64,000 nt of DNA from positions 51,956,001-52,020,000 of the forward strand of contig OZ024746.1 in NCBI GenBank assembly GCA_964016885.1, read 5' to 3'. This document shows, piece by piece, positions 31,472-46,240 of the stretch. Source of the stretch: Eledone cirrhosa (lineage: Eukaryota). Position 1 is the stretch's first letter. Each line of letters opens with the position of its first letter. Both the position numbers and the translations under genes were made by a program. The notes under the pieces are model-generated. The model was given only the letters and a program-made list of their open reading frames with translations, did not search any database and had not been told where the DNA came from.

Positions 31472-34400
31472 TGTGTGTTGTATGGTATGGAATTCTAAGT
31501 ATTGGGTATGTTATACTTTTTATGGAGTAGTGTATCGTATAGAATGGTGTATATAGGTGTGTCTTGTATGGTAAGGAATTCTATGTATTGGGTATGTTAT
31601 ACTTTGAATAGAGTAGTGTATGGTATAGAATGGTGTATATAGATGTGTGTTGTATGGTATGGAATTTCATGTATTGGGTATGTTATACTTAATATGGAGT
31701 AGTGTATGGTATAGAATGCTGTATATATGTGTGTGTTGTATGATATGGAATTCTATGTATTGGGTATGTTATACTTAGTATGGAGTAGTGTATGGTATAG
31801 AATGGTGTATATAGGTGTGTGTTGTATGGTATGGAATTCTATGTATTGGGTATGTTATATTTTGTATGGTGTAGTGGATGGTATAGAATGGTGTATATAG
31901 GTATGTGTTGTATGGTATGGAATTCTATGTATTGTTATGTTATACTGAGTATGGAGTAGTGTATGGTATAGAATGGTGTATATAGGTGTGTGTTGTATGG
32001 TATGGAATTCTATGTATTGGGTATGTTTTACTTAGTATGGAGTAGTGTATAGCGTAGAATGGTGTATATAGGTGTGTGTTGTACGGTATGGAATTCTATG
32101 TATTGGGTATGTTATAGTTAGTATGGAGTAGTGTATGGCATAGAATGGTGTATATAGGTGTGTGTTGTATGGTATGGAATTCTATGTTTTGGGTATGTTA
32201 TATTTAGTATGGAGTAGTGTATGGTATAGAATGGTGTATATAGGTGTGTGTTGTATGTTATGGAATTCTATGTATTAGTATGTTATACTGAGTATGGAGT
32301 AGTGTATGGTATAGAATGGTGTATATAGGTGTGTGTTGTATGGTATGGAATTCTATGAATTGGGTATGTTATATTTAGTATAGAGTAGTGTATGGTATAG
32401 ACTGGTGTATATAGGTGTGTGTTGTATGGTATGGAATTATATGTATTTGTTATGTTATAGTTAGTATGGAGTAGTGTATGGCATAGAATGGTGTATATAG
32501 GTGTGTGTTGTATGGTATGGAATGCTATGTATTGGGTATGTTATAATTTGTATGGAGTAGTGTATGGTATAGAATGGTGTATATAGGTGTGTGTTGTATG
32601 GTATGGAATTCTATGTATTGGGTATGTTATACTTAGTATGGTGTAGTGTATCGTATAGAATGGTGTATACAGGTGTGTGTTGTATGGTATGGAATTCTAT
32701 GTATTGGTTATGTTATACTTAGTATGGAGCAGTGTATGGCATAGAATGGTGTATATAGGTGTGTGTTGTGTGGTATGGAATTCTATGTATTGGGTATGTT
32801 ATAATTATTAAGGAGTAGTGTATGGTATAGAATGATGTATATAGGTGTGTGTTGTATGGTATAGAATTCTATGTATTGTGTATGTTATACTTAGTATGGA
32901 GTAGTGTATGGTATCGAATGGTGTATGTAGGTGTGTGTTGTATGGTATGGAATTCTACGAATTGGGTATGTTATATTTAGTATGGAGTAGTGTATGGTAT
33001 AGAATGGCGTATATAGGTGTGTGTTGTATGGTATGGAATTCTATGTATTGGGTATGTTATACTTAGTATGGAGTAGTGTATGGTATAGAATGGTGTATAT
33101 AGGTGTGTGTAGTATGGTATGGAATTCTATGTATTAGGTATGTTATACTGAGTATGGAGTAGTGTATGGTATAGAATGGTGTATATAGGTGTGTGTTGTA
33201 TGGTATAGAATTCTATGAATTGGGTATGTTATATTTAGTATGGAGTAGTGTATGGCATAGAATGGTGTATATAGGTGTGTCTTGTATGGTATGGAATTCT
33301 ATGTATTGGGTATGTTATACTTTGAATAGAGTAGTGTATGGTATATAATAGTATATATAGGTGTGTGTTGTATGGTATGGAATGCTATGTATTGGGTATG
33401 TTATACTTTGTATGGAGGAGTGTATGGTAAGGAATGGTGTATATAGGTGTGTGTTGTATGGTATGGAATTATATGTATTGGGTATGTTATACTTAGTATG
33501 GTGTAGTGTATGGTATAGAATGGTGTATACAGGTGTGTGTTGTATGGTATGGAATTCTTTGTATTGGTTATGTAATACTTAGTATGGAGTAGTGTATGGT
33601 ATAGACTGGTGTATATAGGTGTGTGCTGTATGGTATGGAATGCTATGTATTGGGTATGTTATACTTAGTATGGAGTAGAGTATGGTATAGAATGGTGTAT
33701 ATAGGTGTGTGTAGTATGGTATGGAATTCTATGTATTGGTTATGTTATATTTAGTATGGAGTAGTGTATGGCATAGAATGGTGTATATAGGTGTGTGTTG
33801 TATGGTATGGAATTCTATGTATTGGGTATGTTATATTAGTATGGAGTAGTGTATGGTATAGTATGGTGTATATAGGTGTGTCTTGTATGGTAAGAAATTC
33901 TATGTATTGGGTATGTTATACTTTGAATAGAGTAGTGTATGGTATAGAATGGTGTATATAGGTGTGTGTTGTATGGTATGGAATTCTATGTATTGTGTAT
34001 GTTATACTTAGTATGGAGTAGTGTATGGCATAGATTGGTGTATATAGGTGTGTGTTGTATGGTATGGAATTCTATGAGTTGGGTATGTTAAATTTAGTAT
34101 GGAATAGTGTATGACATGGACTGGTGTATATAGGTGTGTGTTGCATGGTATCGAATTCTATGTATTGGGTATGTTATACTTTGTATGGAGTAGTGTATGG
34201 TATAGAATGGTGTATATAGGTGTGTGTTGTATGGTATGGAATTCTATGTATTGGTTATGTTATACTTAGTATGGAGTAGTGTATGGTATAGAATGGTGTA
34301 TATAGGTGTGTGTTGTATGGTATGGAATTCTATGTATTGGTTATGTTATACTTAGTATGGAGTAGTGTATGGTATAGAATGGTGTATATAGGTGTGTCTT

Positions 34401-37400
34401 GTATGGTAAGGATTTCTATGTATTGGGTATGTTATACTTTGAATAGAGTAGTGTATGGTATAGAATGGTGTATATAGATGTGTGTTGTATGGTATGGAAT
34501 TCTATGTATTGGGTATGTTATACTTAATATGGAGTAGTGTATGCTATAGAATGCTGTATATATGTGTGTGTTGTATGGTATGGAATTCTATGTATTGGGT
34601 ATGTTATACTTTGTATGGATTAGTGTATCGTATAGAATGGTGTATATAGGTGTGTGTTGTATGGTATGGAATTCTATGTATTACGTATGTTATACTGAGT
34701 ATGGAGTAGTGTATGGTATAGAATGGTGTATATAGGTGTGTGTTGTATGGTATGGAATTCTATGAATTGGGTATGTTATATTTAGTATGGAGTAGTGTAT
34801 GGTATAGAATGGTGTATATAGGTTTGTCTTGTATGTTATGGAATTCTATGTATTGGGTATGTTATACTTTGTATGGAGTAGTGTATGGTATAGAATGGTG
34901 TATATAGGTGTGTGTTGTATGGTATCGAATTCTATGTATTGGTTATGTTATACTATGTATGGAGTAGTGTATGGTATAGAATGGTGTATATAGGTGTGTG
35001 TTGTATGGTATGGAATTCTATGTATTGGGTATGTTATACTTAGTATGGAGTAGTGTATGGTATAGAATGGTGTATATAGGTGTGTTGTATGGTATGGAAT
35101 TCTATGTATTGGGTATGTTATACTGAGTATGGAGTAGTGTATGGTATAGAATGGTGTATATAGGTGTGTGTTGTATGGTATGGAATTCTATGTATCGTTA
35201 TGTTATACTTAGAATGGAGTAGTGTATGGTATAGAATGGTGTATATAGGTGTGTGTTGTACGGTATGGAATTCTATGTATTGGGTATGTTATACTTAGTA
35301 TGGAGTAGTGTATGGCATAGAATGGTGTATATAGGTGTGTGTTGTATGGTATGGAATTATATGTATTGTGTATGTCATACTTTGTATGGAGTAGTGTATG
35401 GTATAGAATGGTGTATATGGGTGTGTGTTGTATGGTATGGAATTCTAAGTATTGGGTATGTTATACTTTTTATGGAGTAGTGTATCGTATAGAATGGTGT
35501 ATATAGGTGTGTCTTGTATGGTAAGGAATTCTATGTATTGGGTATGTTATACTTTGAATAGAGTAGTGTATGGTATAGAATGGTGTATATAGATGTGTGT
35601 TGTATGGTATGGAATTTCATGTATTGGGTATGTTATACTTAATATGGAGTAGTGTATGGTATAGAATGCTGTATATATGTGTGTGTTGTATGATATGGAA
35701 TTCTATGTATTGGGTATGTTATACTTAGTATGGAGTAGTGTATGGTATAGAATGGTGTATATAGGTGTGTGTTGTATGGTATGGAATTCTATGTATTGGG
35801 TATGTTATATTTTGTATGGTGTAGTGGATGGTATAGAATGGTGTATATAGGTATGTGTTGTATGGTATGGAATTCTATGTATTGTTATGTTATACTGAGT
35901 ATGGAGTAGTGTATGGTATAGAATGGTGTATATAGGTGTGTGTTGTATGGTATGGAATTCTATGTATTGGGTATGTTTTACTTAGTATGGAGTAGTGTAT
36001 AGCGTAGAATGGTGTATATAGGTGTGTGTTGTACGGTATGGAATTCTATGTATTGGGTATGTTATAGTTAGTATGGAGTAGTGTATGGCATAGAATGGTG
36101 TATATAGGTGTGTGTTGTATGGTATGGAATTCTATGTTTTGGGTATGTTATATTTAGTATGGAGTAGTGTATGGTATAGAATGGTGTATATAGGTGTGTG
36201 TTGTATGTTATGGAATTCTATGTATTAGTATGTTATACTGAGTATGGAGTAGTGTATGGTATAGAATGGTGTATATAGGTGTGTGTTGTATGGTATGGAA
36301 TTCTATGAATTGGGTATGTTATATTTAGTATAGAGTAGTGTATGGTATAGACTGGTGTATATAGGTGTGTGTTGTATGGTATGGAATTATATGTATTTGT
36401 TATGTTATAGTTAGTATGGAGTAGTGTATGGCATAGAATGGTGTATATAGGTGTGTGTTGTATGGTATGGAATGCTATGTATTGGGTATGTTATAATTTG
36501 TATGGAGTAGTGTATGGTATAGAATGGTGTATATAGGTGTGTGTTGTATGGTATGGAATTCTATGTATTGGGTATGTTATACTTAGTATGGTGTAGTGTA
36601 TCGTATAGAATGGTGTATACAGGTGTGTGTTGTATGGTATGGAATTCTATGTATTGGTTATGTTATACTTAGTATGGAGCAGTGTATGGCATAGAATGGT
36701 GTATATAGGTGTGTGTTGTGTGGTATGGAATTCTATGTATTGGGTATGTTATAATTATTAAGGAGTAGTGTATGGTATAGAATGATGTATATAGGTGTGT
36801 GTTGTATGGTATAGAATTCTATGTATTGTGTATGTTATACTTAGTATGGAGTAGTGTATGGTATCGAATGGTGTATGTAGGTGTGTGTTGTATGGTATGG
36901 AATTCTACGAATTGGGTATGTTATATTTAGTATGGAGTAGTGTATGGTATAGAATGGCGTATATAGGTGTGTGTTGTATGGTATGGAATTCTATGTATTG
37001 GGTATGTTATACTTAGTATGGAGTAGTGTATGGTATAGAATGGTGTATATAGGTGTGTGTAGTATGGTATGGAATTCTATGTATTAGGTATGTTATACTG
37101 AGTATGGAGTAGTGTATGGTATAGAATGGTGTATATAGGTGTGTGTTGTATGGTATAGAATTCTATGAATTGGGTATGTTATATTTAGTATGGAGTAGTG
37201 TATGGCATAGAATGGTGTATATAGGTGTGTCTTGTATGGTATGGAATTCTATGTATTGGGTATGTTATACTTTGAATAGAGTAGTGTATGGTATATAATA
37301 GTATATATAGGTGTGTGTTGTATGGTATGGAATGCTATGTATTGGGTATGTTATACTTTGTATGGAGGAGTGTATGGTAAGGAATGGTGTATATAGGTGT

Positions 37401-39397
37401 GTGTTGTATGGTATGGAATTATATGTATTGGGTATGTTATACTTAGTATGGTGTAGTGTATGGTATAGAATGGTGTATACAGGTGTGTGTTGTATGGTAT
37501 GGAATTCTTTGTATTGGTTATGTAATACTTAGTATGGAGTAGTGTATGGTATAGACTGGTGTATATAGGTGTGTGTTGTATGGTATGGAATGCTATGTAT
37601 TGGGTATGTTATACTTAGTATGGAGTAGAGTATGGTATAGAATGGTGTATATAGGTGTGTGTAGTATGGTATGGAATTCTATGTATTGGTTATGTTATAT
37701 TTAGTATGGAGTAGTGTATGGCATAGAATGGTGTATATAGGTGTGTGTTGTATGGTATGGAATTCTATGTATTGGGTATGTTATATTAGTATGGAGTAGT
37801 GTATGGTATAGTATGGTGTATATAGGTGTGTCTTGTATGGTAAGAAATTCTATGTATTGGGTATGTTATACTTTGAATAGAGTAGTGTATGGTATAGAAT
37901 GGTGTATATAGGTGTGTGTTGTATGGTATGGAATTCTATGTATTGTGTATGTTATACTTAGTATGGAGTAGTGTATGGCATAGATTGGTGTATATAGGTG
38001 TGTGTTGTATGGTATGGAATTCTATGAGTTGGGTATGTTAAATTTAGTATGGAATAGTGTATGACATGGACTGGTGTATATAGGTGTGTGTTGCATGGTA
38101 TCGAATTCTATGTATTGGGTATGTTATACTTTGTATGGAGTAGTGTATGGTATAGAATGGTGTATATAGGTGTGTGTTGTATGGTATGGAATTCTATGTA
38201 TTGGTTATGTTATACTTAGTATGGAGTAGTGTATGGTATAGAATGGTGTATATAGGTGTGTGTTGTATGGTATGGAATTCTATGTATTGGTTATGTTATA
38301 CTTAGTATGGAGTAGTGTATGGTATAGAATGGTGTATATAGGTGTGTCTTGTATGGTAAGGATTTCTATGTATTGGGTATGTTATACTTTGAATAGAGTA
38401 GTGTATGGTATAGAATGGTGTATATAGATGTGTGTTGTATGGTATGGAATTCTATGTATTGGGTATGTTATACTTAATATGGAGTAGTGTATGCTATAGA
38501 ATGCTGTATATATGTGTGTGTTGTATGGTATGGAATTCTATGTATTGGGTATGTTATACTTTGTATGGATTAGTGTATCGTATAGAATGGTGTATATAGG
38601 TGTGTGTTGTATGGTATGGAATTCTATGTATTACGTATGTAATACTGAGTATGGAGTAGTGTATGGTATAGAATGGTGTATATAGGTGTGTGTTGTATGG
38701 TATGGAATTCTATGAATTGGGTATGTTATATTTAGTATGGAGTAGTGTATGGTATAGAATGGTGTATATAGGTTTGTCTTGTATGTTATGGAATTCTATG
38801 TATTGGGTATGTTATACTTTGTATGGAGTAGTGTATGGTATAGAATGGTGTATATAGGTGTGTGTTGTATGGTATCGAATTCTATGTATTGGTTATGTTA
38901 TACTATGTATGGAGTAGTGTATGGTATAGAATGGTGTATATAGGTGTGTGTTGTATGGTATGGAATTCTATGTATTGGGTATGTTATACTTAGTATGGAG
39001 TAGTGTATGGTATAGAATGGTGTATATAGGTGTGTTGTATGGTATGGAATTCTATGTATTGGGTATGTTATACTGAGTATGGAGTAGTGTATGGTATAGA
39101 ATGGTGTATATAGGTGTGTGTTGTATGGTATGGAATTCTATGTATCGTTATGTTATACTTAGAATGGAGTAGTGTATGGTATAGAATGGTGTATATAGGT
39201 GTGTGTTGTACGGTATGGAATTCTATGTATTGGGTATGTTATACTTAGTATGGAGTAGTGTATGGCATAGAATGGTGTATATAGGTGTGTGTTGTATGGT
39301 ATGGAATTATATGTATTGTGTATGTCATACTTTGTATGGAGTAGTGTATGGTATAGAATGGTGTATATGGGTGTGTGTTGTATGGTATGGAATTCTA
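31472..39397. repeat. Tandem duplication of a 3950-bp (46-monomer) block: about 31472-35421 and 35422-39397
   Basis: ORF pairs 33361/37311 and 35253/39203 are offset by 3950. Private variants GAATTTCATG, AATTCTACGA, TAAGAAATTC, GACATGGACT and TATGTCATAC are duplicated. Differences noticed at about 33626 and 38641. Confidence 0.95.
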
Positions 39398-40479
39398 TGT
39401 ATTGGGTATGTTATACTTTGTATGGAGTAGTGTATGGTATAGAATGGTGTATTTAGATGTGTGTTGTATGGTATGGAATTCTATGTATTAGGTATGTTAT
39501 ACTGAGTATGGAGTAGTGTATGGTATAGAATGGTGTATATAGGTGTGTGTTGTATGGTATGGAATTCTATGTTTTAGTATGTTATACTGAATATGGAGTA
39601 GTGTATGGTATAGAATGGTGTATATAGGTGTGTGTTGTATGGTATGGAATTCTATGAATTGGGTATGTTATATTTAGTATAGAGTAGTGTATGGTATCGA
39701 CTGGTGTATATAGGTGAGTGTTGTATGGTATGGAATTCTATGTATTGGTTATGTTATATTTAGTATGGAGTAGTCTATGGCATAGAATGGTGTATAAAGG
39801 TGTGTGTTGTATGGTATGGAATGCTATGTATTGGGTATGTTATACTTTGTATGGAGTAGTGTATGGTATAGAATGGTGTATATAGGTGTGTGTTGTATGG
39901 TATGGAATTCTATGTATTGGGTATGTTATACTTAGTATGGTGTAGTGTATGGTATAGAATGGTGTATACAGGTGTGTGATGTATGGTATGGAATTCTATG
40001 TATTGGTTATGTTATACTTAGTATGGAGTAGTGTATGGTATAGACTGGTGTATATAGGTGTGTGTTGTATGGTATGAAATGCTATGTATAGGGTATGTTA
40101 TATTTAGTATGGAGTAGAGTATGGTATAGAATGGTGTATATAGGTGTGTGTAGTATGTTATGGAATTCTATGTATTGGTTATGTTATATTTAGTATGGAG
40201 TAGTGTATGGCATAGAATGGTGTATATAGGTGTGTGTTGTATGGTATGGAATTCTATGTATTGGGTATGTTATACTTAGTATGGAGTAGTGTATGGTATA
40301 GTATGGTGTATATAGGTGTGTCTTGTATGGTAAGGAATTCTATGTATTGGGTATGTTATACTTTGAATAGAGTAGTGTATGGTATAGATTGGTGTATATA
40401 GGTGTGTGTTGTATGGTATGGAATTCTATGTATTGGGTATGTTATACTTAGTATGGAGTAGTGTATGGCATAGACTGGT

Positions 40480-40840
40480 GTATATAGGTGTGTGTTGTAG
40501 GGTATGGAATACTATGTACTGGGTATGTTATACTTTGTATGGAGTAGTGTATGGCATAGATTGGTGTATATAGGTGTGTGTTGTATGGTATGGAATTCTA
40601 TGAGTTGGGTATGTTAAATTTAGTATGGAATAGTGTATGACATAGACTGGTGTATATAGGTGTGTGTTGTAGAGTATGGAATACTATGTACTGGGTATGT
40701 TATACTTTGTATGGAGTAGTGTATGGCATAGATTGGTGTATATAGGTGTGTGTTGTATGGTCTGGAATTCTATGAGTTGGGTATGTTAAATTTAGTATGG
40801 AATAGTGTATGACATAGACTGGTGTATATAGGTGTGTGTT
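40480..40840. repeat. Local tandem duplication of a 172-bp dimer
   Basis: GAATACTATGTACTGGG...GAGTTGGGTATGTTAAATTTAGTATGGAATAGTGTATGACATAGAC occurs twice in a row (ACTATGTACT at 40511 and 40683). Confidence 0.9.
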
Positions 40841-43129
40841 GCATGGTATCGAATTCTATGTTTTGGTTATGTTATACTTTGTATGGAGTAGTGTATGGTA
40901 TAGAATGGTGTATATAGGTGTGTGTTGTATGGTATGGGATTCTATGTATTGGTTATGTTATACTTAGTATGCAGTAGTCTATGGTATAGAATGGTGTATA
41001 TAGGTGTGTGTTGTATGGTATGGAATGCTATGTATTGGGTATGTTATACTTAGTATGGAGCAGAGTATGGTATAGAATGGTGTATATAGGTGTGTGTAGT
41101 ATGGTATGGAATTCTATGTATTGGTTATGTTATATTTAGTATGGAGTAGTGTATGGCATAGAATGGTGTATATAGGTGTGTGTTGTATGGTATGGAATTC
41201 TATGTATTGGGTATGTTATATTAGTATGGAGTAGTGTATGGTATAGTATGGTGTATATAGGTGTGTCTTGCATGGTAAGGAATTCTATGTATTGGGTATG
41301 TTATACTTTGAATAGAGTAGTGTATGGTATAGACTGGTGTATATAGGTGTGTGTTGTAGGGTATGGAATGCTATGTACTGGGTATGTTATACTTTGTATG
41401 GAGTAGTGTATGGCATAGATTGGTGTATATAGGTGTGTGTTGTATGGTATGGAATTCTATGAGTTGGGTATGCTAAATTTATTATGGAATAGTGTATGAC
41501 ATAGACTGGTGTATATAGGTGTGTGTTGCATGGTATCGAATTCTATGTATTGGGTATGTTATACTTTGTATGGAGTAGTGTATGGTATAGAATGGTGTAT
41601 ATAGGTGTGTGTTGTATGGTATGGAATTCTATGTATTGGTTATGTTATACTTAGTATGGAGTAGTGTATGGTATAGAATGGTGTATATAGGTGTGTGTTG
41701 TATGGTATGGAATTCTATGTATTGTTATGTTATACTGAGTATGGAGAAGTGTATGGTATAGAATGGTGTATATAGGTGTGTGTTGTATGGTATGGAATTC
41801 TATGTATTTGTATGTTTTACTTAGTATGGAGTAGTGTATGGCATAGAATGGTGTATATAGGTGTGTGTTGTACGGTATGGAATTCTATGTATTGGGTATG
41901 TTATACTTAGTATGGAGTAGTGTATGGTATAGAATGGTGTATATAGGTGTGTGTAGTATGGTATGGAATTCTATGTATTAGGTATGTTATACTGAGTATG
42001 GAGTAGTGTATGGTATAGAATGGTGTATATAGGTGTGTGTTGTATGGTATAGAATTCTATGAATTGGGTATGTTATATTTAGTATGGAGTAGTGTATGGC
42101 ATAGAATGGTGTATATAGGTGTGTCTTGTATGGTATGGAATTCTATGTATTGGGTATGTTATACTTTGAATAGAGTAGTGTATGGTATATAATAGTATAT
42201 ATAGGTGTGTGTTGTATGGTATGGAATGCTATGTATAGGGTATGTTATACTTTGTATGGAGGAGTGTATGGTATAGAATGGTGTATATAGGTGTGTGTTG
42301 TATGGTATGGAATTATATGTATTGGATATGTTATAGTTAGTATGGTGTAGTGTATGGTATAGAATGGTGTATACAGGTGTGTGTTGTATGGTATGAAATT
42401 CTTTGTATTGGTTATGTTATACTTAGTATGGAGTAGTGTATGGTATAGACTGGTGTATATAGGTGTGTGTTGTATGGTATGGAATGCTATGTATTGGTTA
42501 TGTTATATTTAGTATGGAGTAGTGTATGGCATAGAATGGTGTATATAGGTGTGTGTTGTATGGTATGGAATTCTATGTATTGGGTATGTTATATTAGTAT
42601 GGACTAGTGTATGGTATAGTATGGTGTATATAGGTGTGTCTTGTATGGTAAGGAATTCTATGTATTGGGTATGTTATACTTTGAATAGAGTAGTGTATGG
42701 TATAGAATGGTGTATATAGGTGTGTGTTGTATGGTATGGAATTCTATGTATTGGGTATGTTATACTTTGTATGGAGTAGTGTTTGGCATAGATTGGTGTA
42801 TATAGGTGTGTGTTGTATGGTATGGAATTCTATGAATTGGATATGTTAAATTTAGTATGGAATAGTGTATGACATAGACTGGTGTATATAGGTGTGTGTT
42901 GCATGGTATCGAATTCTATGTATTGGGTATGTTATACTTTGTATGGAGTAGTGTATGGTATAGAATGGTGTATATAGGTGTGTGTTGTATGGTATGGAAT
43001 TCTATGTATTGGTTATGTTATACTTAGTATGGAGTAGTGTATGGTATAGAATGGTGTATATAGGTGTGTCTTGTATGGTAAGGAATTCTATGTATTGGGT
43101 ATGTTATACTTTGAATAGAGTAGTGTATG

Positions 43130-46100
43130 GTATAGAATGGTGTATATAGATGTGTGTTGTATGGTATGGAATTCTATGTATTGGGTATGTTATACTTAAT
43201 ATGGAGTAGTGTATGCTATAGAATGCTGTATATATGTGTGTGTTGTATGGTATGGAATTCTATGTATTGGGTATGTTATACTTTGTATGGATTAGTGTAT
43301 CGTATAGAATGGTGTATATAGGTATGTGTTGTATGGTATGGAATTCTATGTATTAGGTATGTTATACTGAGTATGGATTAGTGTATGGTATAGAATGGTG
43401 TATATAGGTGTGTGTTGTATGGTATGGAATTCTATGTATTACGTATGTTATACTGAGTATGGAGTAGTGTATGGTATAGAATGGTGTATATAGGTGTGTG
43501 TTGTATGGTATGGAATTCTATGAATTGGGTATGTTATATTTAGTATGGAGTAGTGTATGGTATAGAATGGTGTATATAGGTTTGTCTTGTATGGTATGGA
43601 ATTCTATGTATTGGATATGTTATACTTTGTATGGAGTAGTGTATGGTATAGAATGGTGTATATAGGTGTGTGTTGTATGGTATCGAATTCTATGTATTGG
43701 GTATGTTATACTTTTAATAGAGTAGTGTATGGTATAGAATGGTGTATATAGATGTGTGTTGTATGGTATGGAATTCTATGTATTGGGTATGTTATACTTA
43801 ATATGGAGTAGTGTATGGTATAGAATGGTGTATATAGGTGTGTGTTGTATGGTATGGAATTCTATGTATTGGGTATGTTATATTTTGTATGGTGTAGTGT
43901 ATGGTATAGAATGGTGTATATAGGTGTGTGTTGTATGGTATGGAATTCTATGTATCGTTATGTTATACTTAGAATGGAGTAGTGTATGGTATAGAATGGT
44001 GTATATAGGTGTGTGTTGTACGGTATGGAATTCTATGTATTGGGTATGTTATACTTAGTATGGAGTAGTGTATGGCATAGAATGGTGTATATAGGTGTGT
44101 GTTGTATGGTATGGAATTATATAAATTGTGTATGTTATACTTTGTATGGAGTAGTGTATGGTATAGAATGGTGTATATGGGTGTGTGTTGTATGGTATGG
44201 AATTCTATGTATTGGGTATGTTATACTTTGTATGGAGTAGTGTATGGTATAGAATGGTGTATATAGATGTGTGTTGTATGGTATGGAATTCTATGTATTA
44301 GGTATGTTATACTGAGTATGGAGTAGTGTATGGTATAGAATGGTGTATATAGGTGTGTGTTGTATGGTATAGAATTCTATGAATTGGGTATGTTATATTT
44401 AGTATGGAGTAGTGTATGGCATAGAATGGTGTATATAGGTGTGTCTTGTATGGTATGGAATTCTATGTATTGGGTATGTTATACTTTGAATAGAGTAGTG
44501 TATGGTATATAATAGTATATATAGGTGTGTGTTGTATGGTATGGAATGCTATGTATTGGGTATGTTATACTTTGTATGGAGGAGTGTATGGTATAGAATG
44601 GTGTATATAGGTGTGTGTTGTATGGTATGGAATTATATGTATTGGGTATGTTATACTTAGTATGGTGTAGTGTATGGTATAGAATGGTGTATACAGGTGT
44701 GTGTTGTAAGGTATGGAATTCTTTGTATTGGTTATGTTATACTTAGTATGGAGTAGTGTATGGTATAGACTGGTGTATATAGGTGTGTGTTGTATGGTAT
44801 GGAATGCTATGTATTGGGTATGTTATACTTAGTATGGAGTAGAGTATGGTATAGAATGGTGTATATAGGTGTGTGTAGTATGGTATGGAATTCTATGTAT
44901 TGGTTATGTTATATTTAGTATGGAGTAGTGTATGGTATAGAATGGTGTATATAGATGTGTGTTGTATGGTATGGAATTCTATGTATTGGGTATGTTATAC
45001 TTAATATGGAGTAGTGTATGCTATAGAATGCTGTATATATGTGTGTGTTGTATGGTATGGAATTCTATGTATTGGGTATGTTATACTTTGTATGGATTAG
45101 TGTATCGTATAGAATGGTGTATATAGGTGTGTGTTGTATGGTATGGAATTCTATGTATTAGGTATGTTATACTGAGTATGGATTAGTGTATGGTATAGAA
45201 TGGTGTATATAGGTGTGTGTTGTATGGTATGGAATTCTATGTATTACGTATGTTATACTGAGTATGGAGTAGTGTATGGTATAGAATGGTGTATATAGGT
45301 TTGTGTTGTATGGTATGGAATTCTATGAATTGGGTATGTTATATTTAGTATGGAGTAGTGTATGGTATAGAATGGTGTATATAGGTTTGTCTTGTATGGT
45401 ATGGAATTCTATGTATTGGGTATGTTATACTTTGTATGGAGTAGTGTATGGTATAGTATGGTGTATATAGGTGTGTGTTGTATGGTATCGAATTCTATGT
45501 ATTGGTTATGTTATACTATGTATGGAGTAGTGTATGGTATAGAATGGTGTATATAGGTGTGTGTTGTATGGTATGGAATTCTATGTATTGGGTATGTTAT
45601 ACTTAGTATGGAGTAGTGTATGGTATAGAATGGTGTATATAGGTGTGTGTTGTATGGTATGGAATTCTATGTATTGGGTATGTTATACTGAGTATGGAGT
45701 AGTGTATGGTATAGAATGGTGTATATAGGTGTGTGTTGTATGGTATGGAATTCTATGTATTGGGTATGTTATATTTTGTATGGTGTAGTGTATGGTATAG
45801 AATGGTGTATATAGGTGTGTGTTGTATGGTATGGAATTCTATGTATCGTTATGTTATACTTAGAATGGAGTAGTGTATGGTATAGAATGGTGTATATAGG
45901 TGTGTGTTGTACGGTATGGAATTCTATGTATTGGGTATGTTATACTTAGTATGGAGTAGTGTATGGCATAGAATGGTGTATATAGGTGTGTGTTGTATGG
46001 TATGGAATTATATGTATTGTGTATGTTATACTTTGTATGGAGTAGTGTATGGTATAGAATGGTGTATATGGGTGTGTGTTGTATGGTATGGAATTCTATG

Positions 46101-46240
46101 TATTGGGTATGTTATACTTTGTATGGAGTAGTGTATGGTATAGAATGGTGTATATAGATGTGTGTTGTATGGTATAGAATTCTATGTATTAGGTATGTTA
46201 TACTGAGTATGGAGTAGTGTATGGTATAGAATGGTGTATA
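43130..46240. repeat. Older imperfect duplication, about 1.8-1.9-kb offset (43.13-44.34 kb matches 44.94-46.24 kb)
   Basis: ATGCTATAGAATGCTG at about 43213 and 45018 (offset 1805). GGATTAGTGTATCG and TTACGTATG are shared. Near-identical ORFs at 44013 and 45904 (offset 1891, one monomer more). Confidence 0.75.
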
